Shown: positions 32,551 through 43,617 of the stretch, piece after piece | Layout of the letters: every line of letters begins with the position of its first letter | How positions within the stretch are numbered: the first letter of the stretch is position 1 | Assembly (NCBI RefSeq): GCF_036321535.1 | Contig: NC_087455.1 | Coordinates: 1,364,001-1,428,000 of the forward strand | Direction: 5' to 3' | Length of the DNA stretch: 64,000 bases | From: Camelus dromedarius | Taxonomy: Eukaryota | The notes under the pieces: generated by a model | The model's database searches: none | Told to the model about the DNA's origin: nothing | What the model saw: only the letters and a program-made list of their open reading frames with translations | Made by a program: the position numbers and the translations under genes

Positions 32551-35199
32551 TGACTGAAAATCAGTGTGGTCGTGTCTGCGCTATTCCAGGAGTAGAGGGT
32601 GTGCTGCAGGGGCCATCCAGATACACAAGCCCACAAGTCCTGGGGCTCATCACCCAGGGCCATTCTTGGCAGTGTGCATGATGCCTGAAGTGCCAGCGTC
32701 AACCCTCACCCTTCGGGAGACAGGACCCTCCCCAGGCACCTCCTCTGCAGCCGCAGAAGAGAAAGGCCCTCCCTGGGGGAGGCCTGGGGGAGGCCTGAGT
32801 GGGAGCACTGAGCAGAAGGCTGCAGTGCCCCTGGGAAGCCTCCAGATGTTTGTCAGGGGAGCAGAGATGGCCACTCAATCTTCACCACACAGCACTCTGC
32901 CTGCCTGAGACCACCCGGTGGAACCCATCCCTGCAGGCGGCCCCGCCCCCCTGCCAGCCTCTCCCCACTACTCTATGAACAAGCCCTACCTGCCACGCCT
33001 GCTTAGGGTGGCCCCGGTCCCATTATGTCCTGATCAGGTGACTTTGAGCAACATGCTCCACTTCGGGAGCCTGGGATTCCGACGCATGACCGTGGCACCC
33101 ACCCCGGGAAGCCACCGCGCTCCAAAGTCACCTGAGGCAGAGGTCAGAGGCTGCAAGTCTCTCCTGCTCCGAGCTCCCAGGGGCTGTGATCCCACCGTCG
33201 CTCCTGCCTCCGTGGGAATATTCCGAGCGCCAGCGCGCCCCCCCCCCACCCCGTGGCCACAGGAGAGCCGGGCATTGTGAGGAGCTGCCCACCGGGACCC
33301 CTCGCCTCTCACTGAGGGCCCACTCTGTGCCCTCGGCACCCGGACACCCGGGGCAGGGAGTGGAAAGGCAGGGTTGGAAATGCAGGCCATGGAGGTCAGG
33401 CAGAGGGGCAGGGGCGCCCAGACCGCTTCCTACCATTCCACATCCTCCGGAGGTCCCAGAGCAGGCTGGCTGTGTGGCTAGAATTTGAATCCATTGGCGA
33501 GGGGGGGAGGGGAAACATCAGCCTCAGGGGAGGGGAGGGTACTCTGTGTTGGTCCAGCTCAAGACAGGAAGGAGGCAAGTACCTCCTGGTGCCAGATTCC
33601 AGAGAAGAACCCTCCCAGGGTAGGGTAAGAGGAGGCTGCCACCACCTGCGGTCAGGGAAGGCTCTGCAGCGTGGCCATCCCTAACGGGACAACGGAGGCC
33701 ACGTGGGCCCCAGGAGAAGCCGGGAGGTGGGAGGCACCTGCAAATTCCTGGGAGGGCCAGCCATCCCCTGTGGCCAGAGCAGTGTCCTTGAGCTGGCAGG
33801 ACCCCAGACTGAAGGTCACAGGTTGCAGAGGGACCTTCCAGGGTCCCAAGAACTGTCCAGGCTTCCAACCCATCACTGCCCTCCAGCCTCCATCCTCCCG
33901 AGGTCCCCATCCCAGTCTTCCAGCCTCCTGGCTGCCTCTCTGTGACCCCACTGGGCAGCCCATGCACCCCTTCAACTGTCCTAGACCCAACATGACCCCC
34001 CACCCTGACACTCACCCTGACCCTAACTCTCGCTCCAAGGTGACAGGCCAGAGGCAGGGTCTGCAAAGATGAAGGATGGGCTGCCCTGACCCTGTGACTG
34101 GACAGAGAGGCTGGGGGAAGGTGCTGACCTCATCATGGATCCAATGTTGAGTCTCCTGGCCCAGCTGGGACACCAAGAGGCAACTGTCTCTCTTTAATGG
34201 AAATGTTAAAAGCAGTCAAGCACAAAGGTAGTTTTTCAGGGGATTTTGCAAAAGCAACTGAAGGTGCCTTCTGAGAAGGGCTGCCCAGCCCCTCCCTACA
34301 ACCTGCTGAAAATAGTTACTGTTGCCACAGCCGGGTTTGGCCTGTACTTCTCACCAGACAGGAAGGAGCAGTAGCTCGTGGGGTCAGAGGGACCCTTGGG
34401 CAGAGATGATTCGGGGCCTCCCTTGGGCCAACTGGGCCCCCAAGTTCCACAGAGGAGGTGGTGGGGCAGCACCTGCTTGCAGCTGACTCCTCTGGCCAGC
34501 CACCTTTACTCTCTCTGGCTCTTCGTGGACAAGCAAGACTGGGGAGGGGTTGCCATGGTCCCTCCTCCTGGGGAGGTCACCAACTCCCTAGCCACACTGC
34601 TGTTAGGGCGGCTGCAGCCAGGAGGGACCAAGATGGCCACGTATCTCCCTTCCATGTAGCTCCTGCCTGCTGAATTGAGGGAGTCCAGAGAGGAGAGGGG
34701 CGCAGCGGAATCCTGGACCCTGCATGGTGCTGGGGGTGAGGGGCTCCCAGTCCAGTTGGCCACCTTCTGCCCTCTCCCAGAAACAATGCGTGCCAGGCCT
34801 GGGCCAGGGGACACAGTGTGGAGGGAAACAAGGATGGGGGCCTCTCAGGGGAGACCACACCTGTCTTGGACAGTCACTTGGGCTCAACTGGGGTGAGGAG
34901 GAGCCCTGGCCTGGTACTTGGCTGAGGGATGGTGGAGACCAGGGGCCCAGCCAGGAGCAGGAGGGGTAGGGGCCCCATGTGGTCTGAGGACCTGGTGAAG
35001 GGCAGAGCTGCTTCCCAGGGCCGCTGGATGGTGACCCCTCCCCCCCACTGCTCCAGCCTGTGTCTGCGTCTCCAGTACCTACATTAGTGGCCTCACACGG
35101 TGCCATGATCAGACACACCCATGTCCTCAGGTCTTTGCCCAAGTGTGGCCCATGCATGGAGGCCTACCCTGATCCCCCACCCCCACTCCCCACAACCCT

Positions 35200-38100
35200 A
35201 CTCTAACTTTTATTTAAAGTGTACAACATGGTGGGTTTTAACACGTTATATGCCCATGAAACAGTCATCAGAGCGAGACAGTGAGCACGCCTATGACCCC
35301 CAGGCCGCCTGCAGCCCCTCCGAGCGTCCCTCTGCCCTCCCACATCGCCACTGCTCAGTGCACAGTGCTACTCACGACAGCTCAGACCTGGGACGCACCA
35401 ACTACAGATGAGTTGACACTTTCTGGAATTTGACATAAATGGATTCTCAGAACATGTGAGCATTTTGTCTGTTTGTGTGTTTTGCCATCTTCTTTCACCC
35501 AGAGTGCTCTCCAGATGCATCCGCACTGTGGCGCGTCTCAGTCGTTCACCCTGTCCTGTTGCTGGTAGTGTTCGGTGTACACACACAGCAGGGCTGGCTC
35601 CTTCACGCACGGTTGGTGGACATTCGGGGTGTTTCCAGGTTCGAGCTCTCACAAATCATGTTGCTGAGAACATTCGTGCTCAAGTCTTCGTGTGGACAGA
35701 TGGTTTCATTTCCCTTGTGTAAAACCTAGGAGTGGAGCGAATGGGTCAGACGGTTCACGTGCACCTCAGTTCTGAAGGGCTGTCAGCTGTTCTCCAAAGT
35801 GGCTGTTCCTTTTGCACCCCTGCCAGCAGTATCAGAGCATTCCAGTTGCTCGACATCCTCGTCAACACTTGCTGTTGTCAGCCCTTAATTTTATTTTATT
35901 TTATTATTTTCATTTTTTTTAAAGAATCAACAGAATGCAGTAATCCAACCCAATAAAGTGATCCAATAAAGGACAGTCACATGTGCTTACACATATTCAA
36001 GAAATCAGTCATCTGAGTTATAAATAATTAGTTCATTTGTGTCCTTTCTTTTAAGATTCCACATAAAAGCAATCTCATAAGGCATTTTTCTTTCTCTTTC
36101 TGGCTTTATTTCACTTAGAATGGCCATCTCCAGGTCCATCCATGTTGCTGCAAATGGCATTATTTTATTCTTTTTAATGTGTCAGCCCTTAGTTTTAGAC
36201 ATTCTAACATGTGTGTAGTGGTATCTCGCTGCTGTCTCAGTTTGCATGTTCCTAATGAACGGGAGATACTGAGCATCCTCTGTTTTTTACGCCTTTGTGT
36301 TTCTTCAGTCAAGCATCTGTTCAGATCCTTCTGCTCCCTTGTTCCCTCTGGGCTGTTCATCTTATTTGTAAGAGTGATAAATGCATTTTAGATACAACTT
36401 CTTAGGCGGATGTATATTTTGCAACTGTTTTCTTCCAGCGTGGCTTGCCTTTTCATTTTGATAACAGTATTTTGTAGAGAGTGGAAGTTTTTTATTTTGA
36501 TGAAGCCCAGTTTATTGATTTCTTCTCGTAGAGTTTGTAGATTGTAAGAAATTTTTGCCACACCCAAGGTCACCAAGATTTCCTCATGTTTTCTTATAGA
36601 CTCTCTATAAGTTTAGCACTTCGGTGAGGTCCACAATCCACTTGGAGTTCATTTTTATGTCTGGTGTGAGGTCCAGCTTGAAATTCAATTTTGCTTATGT
36701 CCACCCTCATTGGCTGAAGAAGTTATCCTCTCTGTGTTGAAATGACTTAGTACTTTGTCAAAACTCAGTGACCTCATTCGTGGGATCTGTTTCTGGGCTC
36801 TCTGTTCTGTTCCGTAGGTCTGTATGTTTATTTTGACACCAGAACTATGCTGTTGTGATCATATTAAGACCTAAAATCAGGTAGTATGAGGCCTCCAAAT
36901 TTTATCTTTTTTTTCTTTTCAAAATTGTTTTGGCTATTCCAGGTCTTCCTCATTTCCATATAAATTTTAGAATCAGCATGTTAATTTCTACACAAAAAGT
37001 CCTTGGGGCATTAATTGGGGTTGCATCTAATCCGTAGATCAGTTAGGGGAGAACTCACATCTTAACACTGAGCATCCTGGTCGATGAATTTGGCACACCT
37101 TTCCATCTCACGAAGGCCTTTTGAAATTTATTTCAGCAACGTCTCTCAGTTCGCAGTAGACAGGGCTTGCACAGCTTTTGTCAAGATGCCTCCCAAACTA
37201 ATTCACAGCACAGAACGCTATTGATAGATGCTATCTGCAGTTCTCAGTGATCCATTGTTGGTTGTCAGTATATAGAAATACAATTATTTTTTGCATATTA
37301 ACTTTTTACCCTGTAATCTTGCTAAACCGACTTAGTTCCAGAAGGGCTTTTTTGTTGTTGTGCATTTCCTGGAATTTTCTATTTATTTCCGTCTTGTCTT
37401 CTGAAAAAATAGGGGCAGTTTTATTGCTTCTCCTTCTGTCTTTGTGTCTTTTTCTTGCCTTATTGCACGGACAGGCTCCTAGTACGAAGCTGAGTAAGGA
37501 TGACTGGAGAGGATGTCGCTGCTCTGTTCCTGAGATTAGGGGGAAGCATTCAGTCTTACACATTGAATATGATGTTAGCTGTAGGGTTTTTGCAGAAGCC
37601 CTCTATCAGGCTGAGGAAGTTCCCTTTTAGTCCTAGTCTGCTGAGAGGTTTTGTTTCTTTTAAAATCAGAAATGGATGTTACATTTTGTCAAATATTTTT
37701 TTCTGCATCTATGTAGATGAGCATCTTTGTGACACTGTGAATCACACTTACTGATTTTTGAACTTTAAACCAATCTTGCGCTTTGTCATTTTGTATATCT
37801 GTTTTGGTATTGTTGGATTTGTTCAATACACTTTTGTTTATAATTTTTACATCTGTGTTCATGAGGGATACTGGTCTGTAGTTGCTGGGGTTTTTTCCCT
37901 GTAATGTCTGTGTCTGGGGTTGGTATCAGGGTGATGATGCTCACCACCCAGGTGAGTGGGACGTATTTCTTATTTTTCAGGAGGGATTGTATAGAGTTGA
38001 TATGGTCCTTTCCTCAAGTGCTTTGCAGAATGCACTTGCGTTTTCTCTGTGGGAAGATTTCTAACAACATGTTCAGTGTCTTCAAAAGACAGGGGGATAG

Positions 38101-38500
38101 TCAGGCTACATAGTTCTCGTCCATTTCATCTAAGTTTATAGAATTTATTGGCATCGTGTCATTCATAATATTCCCTTATTACACTTGTAATATTGTTGTG
38201 ACCTGTTGTAAAGCTCTCTTTCTCATTCCTGATGCTAGTGATCTGCTCCATCTCTTTCCATCTGAACAGTCTGGTTAGGGGTTTATGCTGATGTTCTCAA
38301 AACTCCGCAGTTTGATCTCTATTCATTTTCTTCTTCTATTTCCTTGGCGTTTTTCCTTTTATGTTTATCATTTCCTTTATTTTGTTACTTGTGGTTTAAT
38401 GTGCTCTAGTTTCTAAAGGTGGGATCACAGATCATTGTGTCATTTAGAGCCAAAACTTTCCCTCTAAACATCGCTTTAGCTGCATCCACTAACTTTGATA
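35200..38500 (-). mobile_element. Old L1 (L1M-type) 3' region and ORF2 fragments, antisense
   Basis: T-rich strand with L1 3' motifs (ttgacactttctggaatttgacataaatgga; gatgttagctgtagggtttt); minus ORF 36388-36576 is ORF2-like (EEINKLGFIKIKNF). Confidence 0.85.
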
Positions 38501-40325
38501 TTTTTTTTTTGTTGAAGTAGAGTTGATTTACAATGTTGTGTTAGTTTCTGGTGTATAGCAAAGTTATTCAGTTATACATATACAAATATTTTTCTCAGAT
38601 TCTTTTCCACTATAGGTTATTACAAGGTATTGAATATAGTTCCCTGTGCTGTACAGAAGGATCTTGTTGTTTTTCTATTCTATACATAGTGATTTGTATC
38701 TGCTAATCCCAAACTCCCAATTTATCCCTCTTCATCTTCCCCCTTTGGTAATCATAAGTTTGTTTTCTATGTCTGTGAGTCTGTTTCTGTTTTATGAATA
38801 AGCTCATTTGTATCATTTTTTAGATTCCACATATAAGTGCTTCCATGTGCTATTTGTCTTCCTCTGTCTGACTTACTTCACTTAGNNNNNNNNNNNNNNN
38901 NNNNNNNNNNNNNNNNNNNNNNNNNNNNNNNNNNNNNNNNNNNNNNNNNNNNNNNNNNNNNNNNNNNNNNNNNNNNNNNNNNNNNNNNNNNNNNNNNNNN
39001 NNNNNNNNNNNNNNNNNNNNNNNNNNNNNNNNCCTCTGACAATGGACATTTAGTTTGAGTTCATGTCTTAGCTATTGTAAATATTGCTTCTATGAAAACT
39101 GGGGAGCAAATATGCTGTCAAATTAGAGTTACNNNNNNNNNNNNNNNNNNNNNNNNNNNNNNNNNNNNNNNNNNNNNNNNNNNNNNNNNNNNNNNNNNNN
39201 NNNNNNNNNNNNNNNNNNNNNNNNNNNNNNNNNNNNNNNNNNNNNNNNNNNNNNNNNNNNNNNNNNNNNNNNNNNNNNNNNNNNNNNNNNNNTTATTGTT
39301 TGTGGATTTTTTAATGATGGCCATTCTGACTGGTATGAGGTGATACTTTATTGTAGTTTTGATTTGTATCTCTCTGATAATTAGTGATATTGAGTATCTT
39401 TTCATGAGCCTATTGGCCATCTGTATGTCTGTTTTGGAGAAACGTCTGTTTAGGTTTTCTGCCTTTTTTTTTTTTTTTTTGAATGGGTTGTTTCTTTTTT
39501 CTAAATTTTTATTGTCGTTATTGAGTTGTATGAGCTATTTGTATATTTGCATATTTTGGAAATTAAGCTGTTATCAGTCACATCATTTGCAAATATTTTC
39601 TCCCAGTCCATAGGTTGTTGTTGTGTTGTTTAAGGTTTACTTTGCTGTTAAAAAGCTTATAAGTTTACTTAGGTTCTGTTTGTTTATTTTTACTTTTATT
39701 TCTAATGCCTTGGGAGACTAACCTAAGGCAACACTGCTATGATTTATGTCAAGGAATGTTTTACCTATGGTCTCTTTTAGGAGATTTATGGTGTCCTGCC
39801 TTATGTTTAAGCTATTTTGAGTTTATTTTTTGCGGCTGGTGTGAGGGTGTTCTAATTTCATTGATTTACAGGCAGCTGTCCAGCTTTCCCAGCACCACTT
39901 GTCAAAGAGACCATCTTTTCTCCATTGCATATTCTTGCCTCCTTCATCGGAGATGANNNNNNNNNNNNNNNNNNNNNNNNNNNNNNNNNNNNNNNNNNNN
40001 NNNNNNNNNNNNNNNNNNNNNNNNNNNNNNNNNNNNNNNNNNNNNNNNNNNNNNNNNNNNNNNNNNNNNNNNNNNNNNNNNNNNNNNNNNNNNNNNNNNN
40101 NNNNNNNNNNNNNNGGGAGGGTTGTGCCTCCAGCTTTGTTCTTTTTCCTCAGGATTGCTTTGCAAAATCTGAGTCTTGTGTGATTCCATATAAACGTTAG
40201 GATTACTTGTTCTAGTTCTGTGAAAAATATCCTGGCTAATTTGCTAAGAATCACAGTGAATCTGTAGATTGCTTTGGGTAGTGTGGCCATTTTGACAATA
40301 AAACCCTTCCAATCTGAAAGCATAG
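38500..40325 (-). mobile_element. Younger artiodactyl-type L1, 3' end plus ORF2 C-terminus, 5'-truncated, antisense
   Basis: Poly-T then gttgaagtagagttgatttacaatgttgtgttagtttctggtgtatagc; minus ORFs read L1 ORF2 ([13 protein letters not shown]...FFTELEQ...FIWNH; [15 protein letters not shown]; [27 protein letters not shown]). Confidence 0.9.
38886..40114. other. Three assembly gaps (N runs 38886-39032, 39133-39292, 39957-40114)
   Basis: Directly visible N runs of 147, 160 and 158 nt inside the young L1. Confidence 0.98.
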
Positions 40326-40799
40326 ATATGTTTCCACTTCTGTATAGTCGTCGTCAGGCCTCCACAGCCCACCCGCTGGGCAGCTCTGTCCTGTGACATC
40401 TAGCTGCTTCGATCTCCACGAACCCTCCTCTTGTCTCCTCAGTCCAGGAGACCTTGGGCTTGGTTTGGGTACTCCCGCCCCTGCGCTGCGGCCGGACCTC
40501 CTTCATCTGTCCCCCTGCGGTGCAGGACCACCCCTCTGCTGCCTGTTATGCAATAGCGGGGAACCACTGTTTCATTCATTTTGCCCCATTTTCCAGTTGT
40601 TTAAATGCAAGGCGGTAAATCCAGTTTCCATGAACTCACCCTGACCTGATGCTAAAGCCCACAACACTCTGGTTTTGGCCCACACGTTTATTTTACACCC
40701 CGTTAGAGTGTGAGCTTCATGAGACCCAGAATATTTGGGAAAGTTTCTGTTTTATCCTCAACTCCCGGCACCTGTTGCATCTCAGTAACTATTTGGCAA

Positions 40800-40830
40800 T
40801 AGGGTGACCAACCATCCCAGTCTGTCCAGA
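40800..40830 (+). mobile_element. hAT-Blackjack-type DNA transposon terminal fragment
   Basis: tagggtgaccaaccatcccagt resembles the recalled MER81/MER94-type terminal inverted repeat. Confidence 0.45.
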
Positions 40831-41239
40831 AAGAGCGCCCACTCAGCTCTGGAGGCTAACTGCCTAGGGCCCCCCAAAATAGTTCATCTCTTTTAAAGAA
40901 AAAAAAAAAAAAAAAGAACTTTTAGGGCCAAAGAAAAACGCCGCATGTTTTCTTTTCTTTCTCACATTAGGAGAAAAAGAAAAATGTAGGGCTCAGGAAA
41001 TCTTAAATTTTGGCTTAACCATTATTCCCGTGGGAGGGGCCCATGAAATAAGGGGATCCTTTCAAGACTTGCTTTTCCACTTTGTTAGGTGGGAACAGGT
41101 GTGGGAACTGAAGCCCAGAGATGCCCGGTAATGTGCCGAGGTCACATAGCAGGTAAAGCAGGACCCAGAAGCCTGAAAAGGAAGCGTTAGCGCCCCGCCT
41201 CCCACCCCCGCAGCTCCACGTAACCCACCTGCAAAACTG

Positions 41240-41960
41240 GGGGGTGGGGGCGGCCGCTGGGGTGCGGGGCCGACTACGTAACGCTGCGGGGTGAGTGGGC
41301 GAAGTGCATCTGGTGGAAGAAGGAGGGAGGGAGGGGCAGAAGATTCGGCCCTCCGTGCAGGTGGCCCGTGACGTGTCTGGATGGTGCACCTGCTTCTGAG
41401 GTCGCGTGGGTTTCCGGGCATGGTTGGCTGTCCGCGGTGTCCAAGCGTCGGGACGCCGGGGCTGGAGCCGCGGTGCCCGCAGGAGACCGGAGCCGTCGGG
41501 CAGGGGGCGGGGCGGGGCAGGGGGCGGGGCAGGGGGGCGGGGCGGGGCTTGCGGGGCGGTCACGCGCGGCGGGCGGCTCTGCCGGGGCGGCGCTGCGGCG
41601 CTGCCACTGCGGGGCTCGGAGGGACGCGCTGCCAGGCGGGCGCGGCCGCGGGTGAGTCCTGGGCGCAGCGGGGGCTCAGTGCGGTGAAGGTCACCACAGC
41701 TGAGGTCACCCGGCAGCCTCCCCTCCCAACTTGGGACTGCAGTCTCGGGGGCAGGGCTCACCGGGAAGGGGCGGGAAGCGCTGGAGCCGCAGGCCCGGCC
41801 TTACTCAGACCTTGGACATCCCGAGGTTGACGCCCGGAAAATGGGTCATAGAAGATGGATTTGTTGTTCTCGGGAAGGAGAGAGTCTAATTTAGTCGCCA
41901 GGGCGAGGAACCGAGGCTCAAATATCCCCGCCGGAGGAGGGGAGTCGTAGTCCAGATCCT
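41240..41960 (+). promoter_or_regulatory. LYNX1: LYNX1 CpG-island promoter and non-coding exon 1 (donor at 41651|gtgagt)
   Basis: CpG island with tandem GGGGCGGGG GC boxes (~41503-41560), followed by cgcggccgcgG|GTGAGT. Confidence 0.75.
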
Positions 41961-42151
41961 CCCCCCAACCCCTTCCCAGAGAGTGGGCATCTCCCTTCCC
42001 AAACACCAAATCCAGACAGGGCCGTTCTGTTGTCTTCCCCAAGTGCCCTCCTGGGGGGCATTCGAAGCGCGTCCCCCTACAGGCTGGACAGAGCCCATGG
42101 CTGCCTGGAGCTCCACAGTGGCGGAGGACTCAGGGCGCCAGGCAGGGCTCT

Positions 42152-42213
42152 GGAGGTCTCCCTGGGAGAGGGGCCCAAGCTGGGAGGTCTCCCTGGGAGA
42201 GGGGCCCAAGCTG
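42152..42213 (+). repeat. Perfect 31-bp tandem duplication
   Basis: ggaggtctccctgggagaggggcccaagctg at 42152 and 42183. Confidence 0.95.
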
Positions 42214-42854
42214 GGACCTGAAAGTATCAGGAAGTGGGGAACCCACTCAGGCACGTGCCAGAAGCAAGGGGAAGGGGAATAGTGGGGATAAACCCACTCC
42301 TCCGGCGTCCTGCCCTGGCCGGTCATCCTGTACCCCGCCCTGGGCTGTGAGACGGCTGTGTGCCAAACTCCCATAAGGCCCCTGCATCAACCATCCCCGG
42401 GGTAAAGTATGGGTTTTGGCCTGGCATTCAAGGCCCTCCAGCCCCCTAGTCTCCCCTTGACACCCCCACCCCACCCCTTCTCTGACAGTGCCTCTTTCCG
42501 TGGCCTCAGTTTTGCAGGCACTGCTCTCTCTGGTTGGAAAGTCCCACCCCTGCTTCCTTCTCATCTCATTTTGTCTCCTGCTCCAGGAAGCCTTCCCCAA
42601 CTCCCAGGCTGAGTTGGGTGGCTCCTCTGGCCACCAGCACCCCTGCCCAAGTCCCCTTGTGGGTCCCTCAGGCCCACAGTGACCACCGGTCCTCGTCCCC
42701 CTCTGTGCAGGGCTGCAGTGCCTCCAGTAGACCAGGAGCTTCCAGAGGGCAGGGGATGGCCCTGCCCACTATGCACCCTGCCCCAACCCCGGCCTGAGTT
42801 GAATCAAGGACCAGCTGCTGTCCACTTGTCCACTCTGCCCTCTCGCCTCCAGCC

Positions 42855-43617
42855 ATGGCACCCCTGCTCACCCTGCTCCTGGTGGCCCTGGCTGGCCTGC
42901 CTCTGGGTAAGATGGATGGAAGACGAGGAGTGGACCAACCCCCTTTGGGGGCAGGCAGGCTGCAAGTGGGGAGGGAGGCCAGAATGCCTGGGGGCCACCT
43001 CTCCTTCCAGCTGTTCTGCTCTGGGGAGGGTGATGGAACCAAGGGGCTGATGGGCTAGAGGCAGGGCCTCTCCCTGTTCTGTGACCCCATCCCCTGGCCC
43101 CAAGCCCAGGCTCTGGACTGCCACGTGTGCGCCTACAATGGAGAGAACTGCTTCAACCCCACGCGCTGCCCGGCCATGGTCACCTACTGTATGACCACAC
43201 GCACTTGTGAGTCAGTGGGGTGCTCTGCACAGCCCTCCCTGGGGAGCATAGGGGCCTGCTTCTCCTGCCCTGCGAAGTGTGGGGGAGGCTGAGGAGGGAG
43301 GCTCCCATCTGCCCCAGGATCCCCTGGGAGCCCCCGGCTGAGGGGAACCTGGCCTAATGGCCCTGCGAGCTGGGGTTGGCCCCTCTCAGGGTCCTGACCT
43401 TCCCCTCTACCCCTCTGAAGACTACACCCCGACTAGGATGAAGGTGAGCAAGTCATGTGTGACCAGCTGCTTTGAAACCGTGTACGATGGCTACTCCAAG
43501 CACGCATCCACCACGGCCTGCTGCCAGTACGACCTCTGTAACGGCGCCAGCCTCGCTGCCCCCATGACCCTGGCCCTGGCTCTTATTCTCCTGGCCACCT
43601 TCTGGGGTCTGCTCTGA
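42855..43617 (+). CDS. LYNX1: Ly6/neurotoxin 1, GPI-anchored nAChR modulator, 116 aa; exons 42855-42906, 43105-43206, 43421-43617
   Basis: [116 protein letters not shown]; near-identical to human LYNX1. Confidence 0.98.

Noticed and set aside
39118-40323. L1 ORF2-like ORFs as functional genes
   Set aside because: Truncated, interrupted by N gaps and frame changes; retrotransposon remnant.
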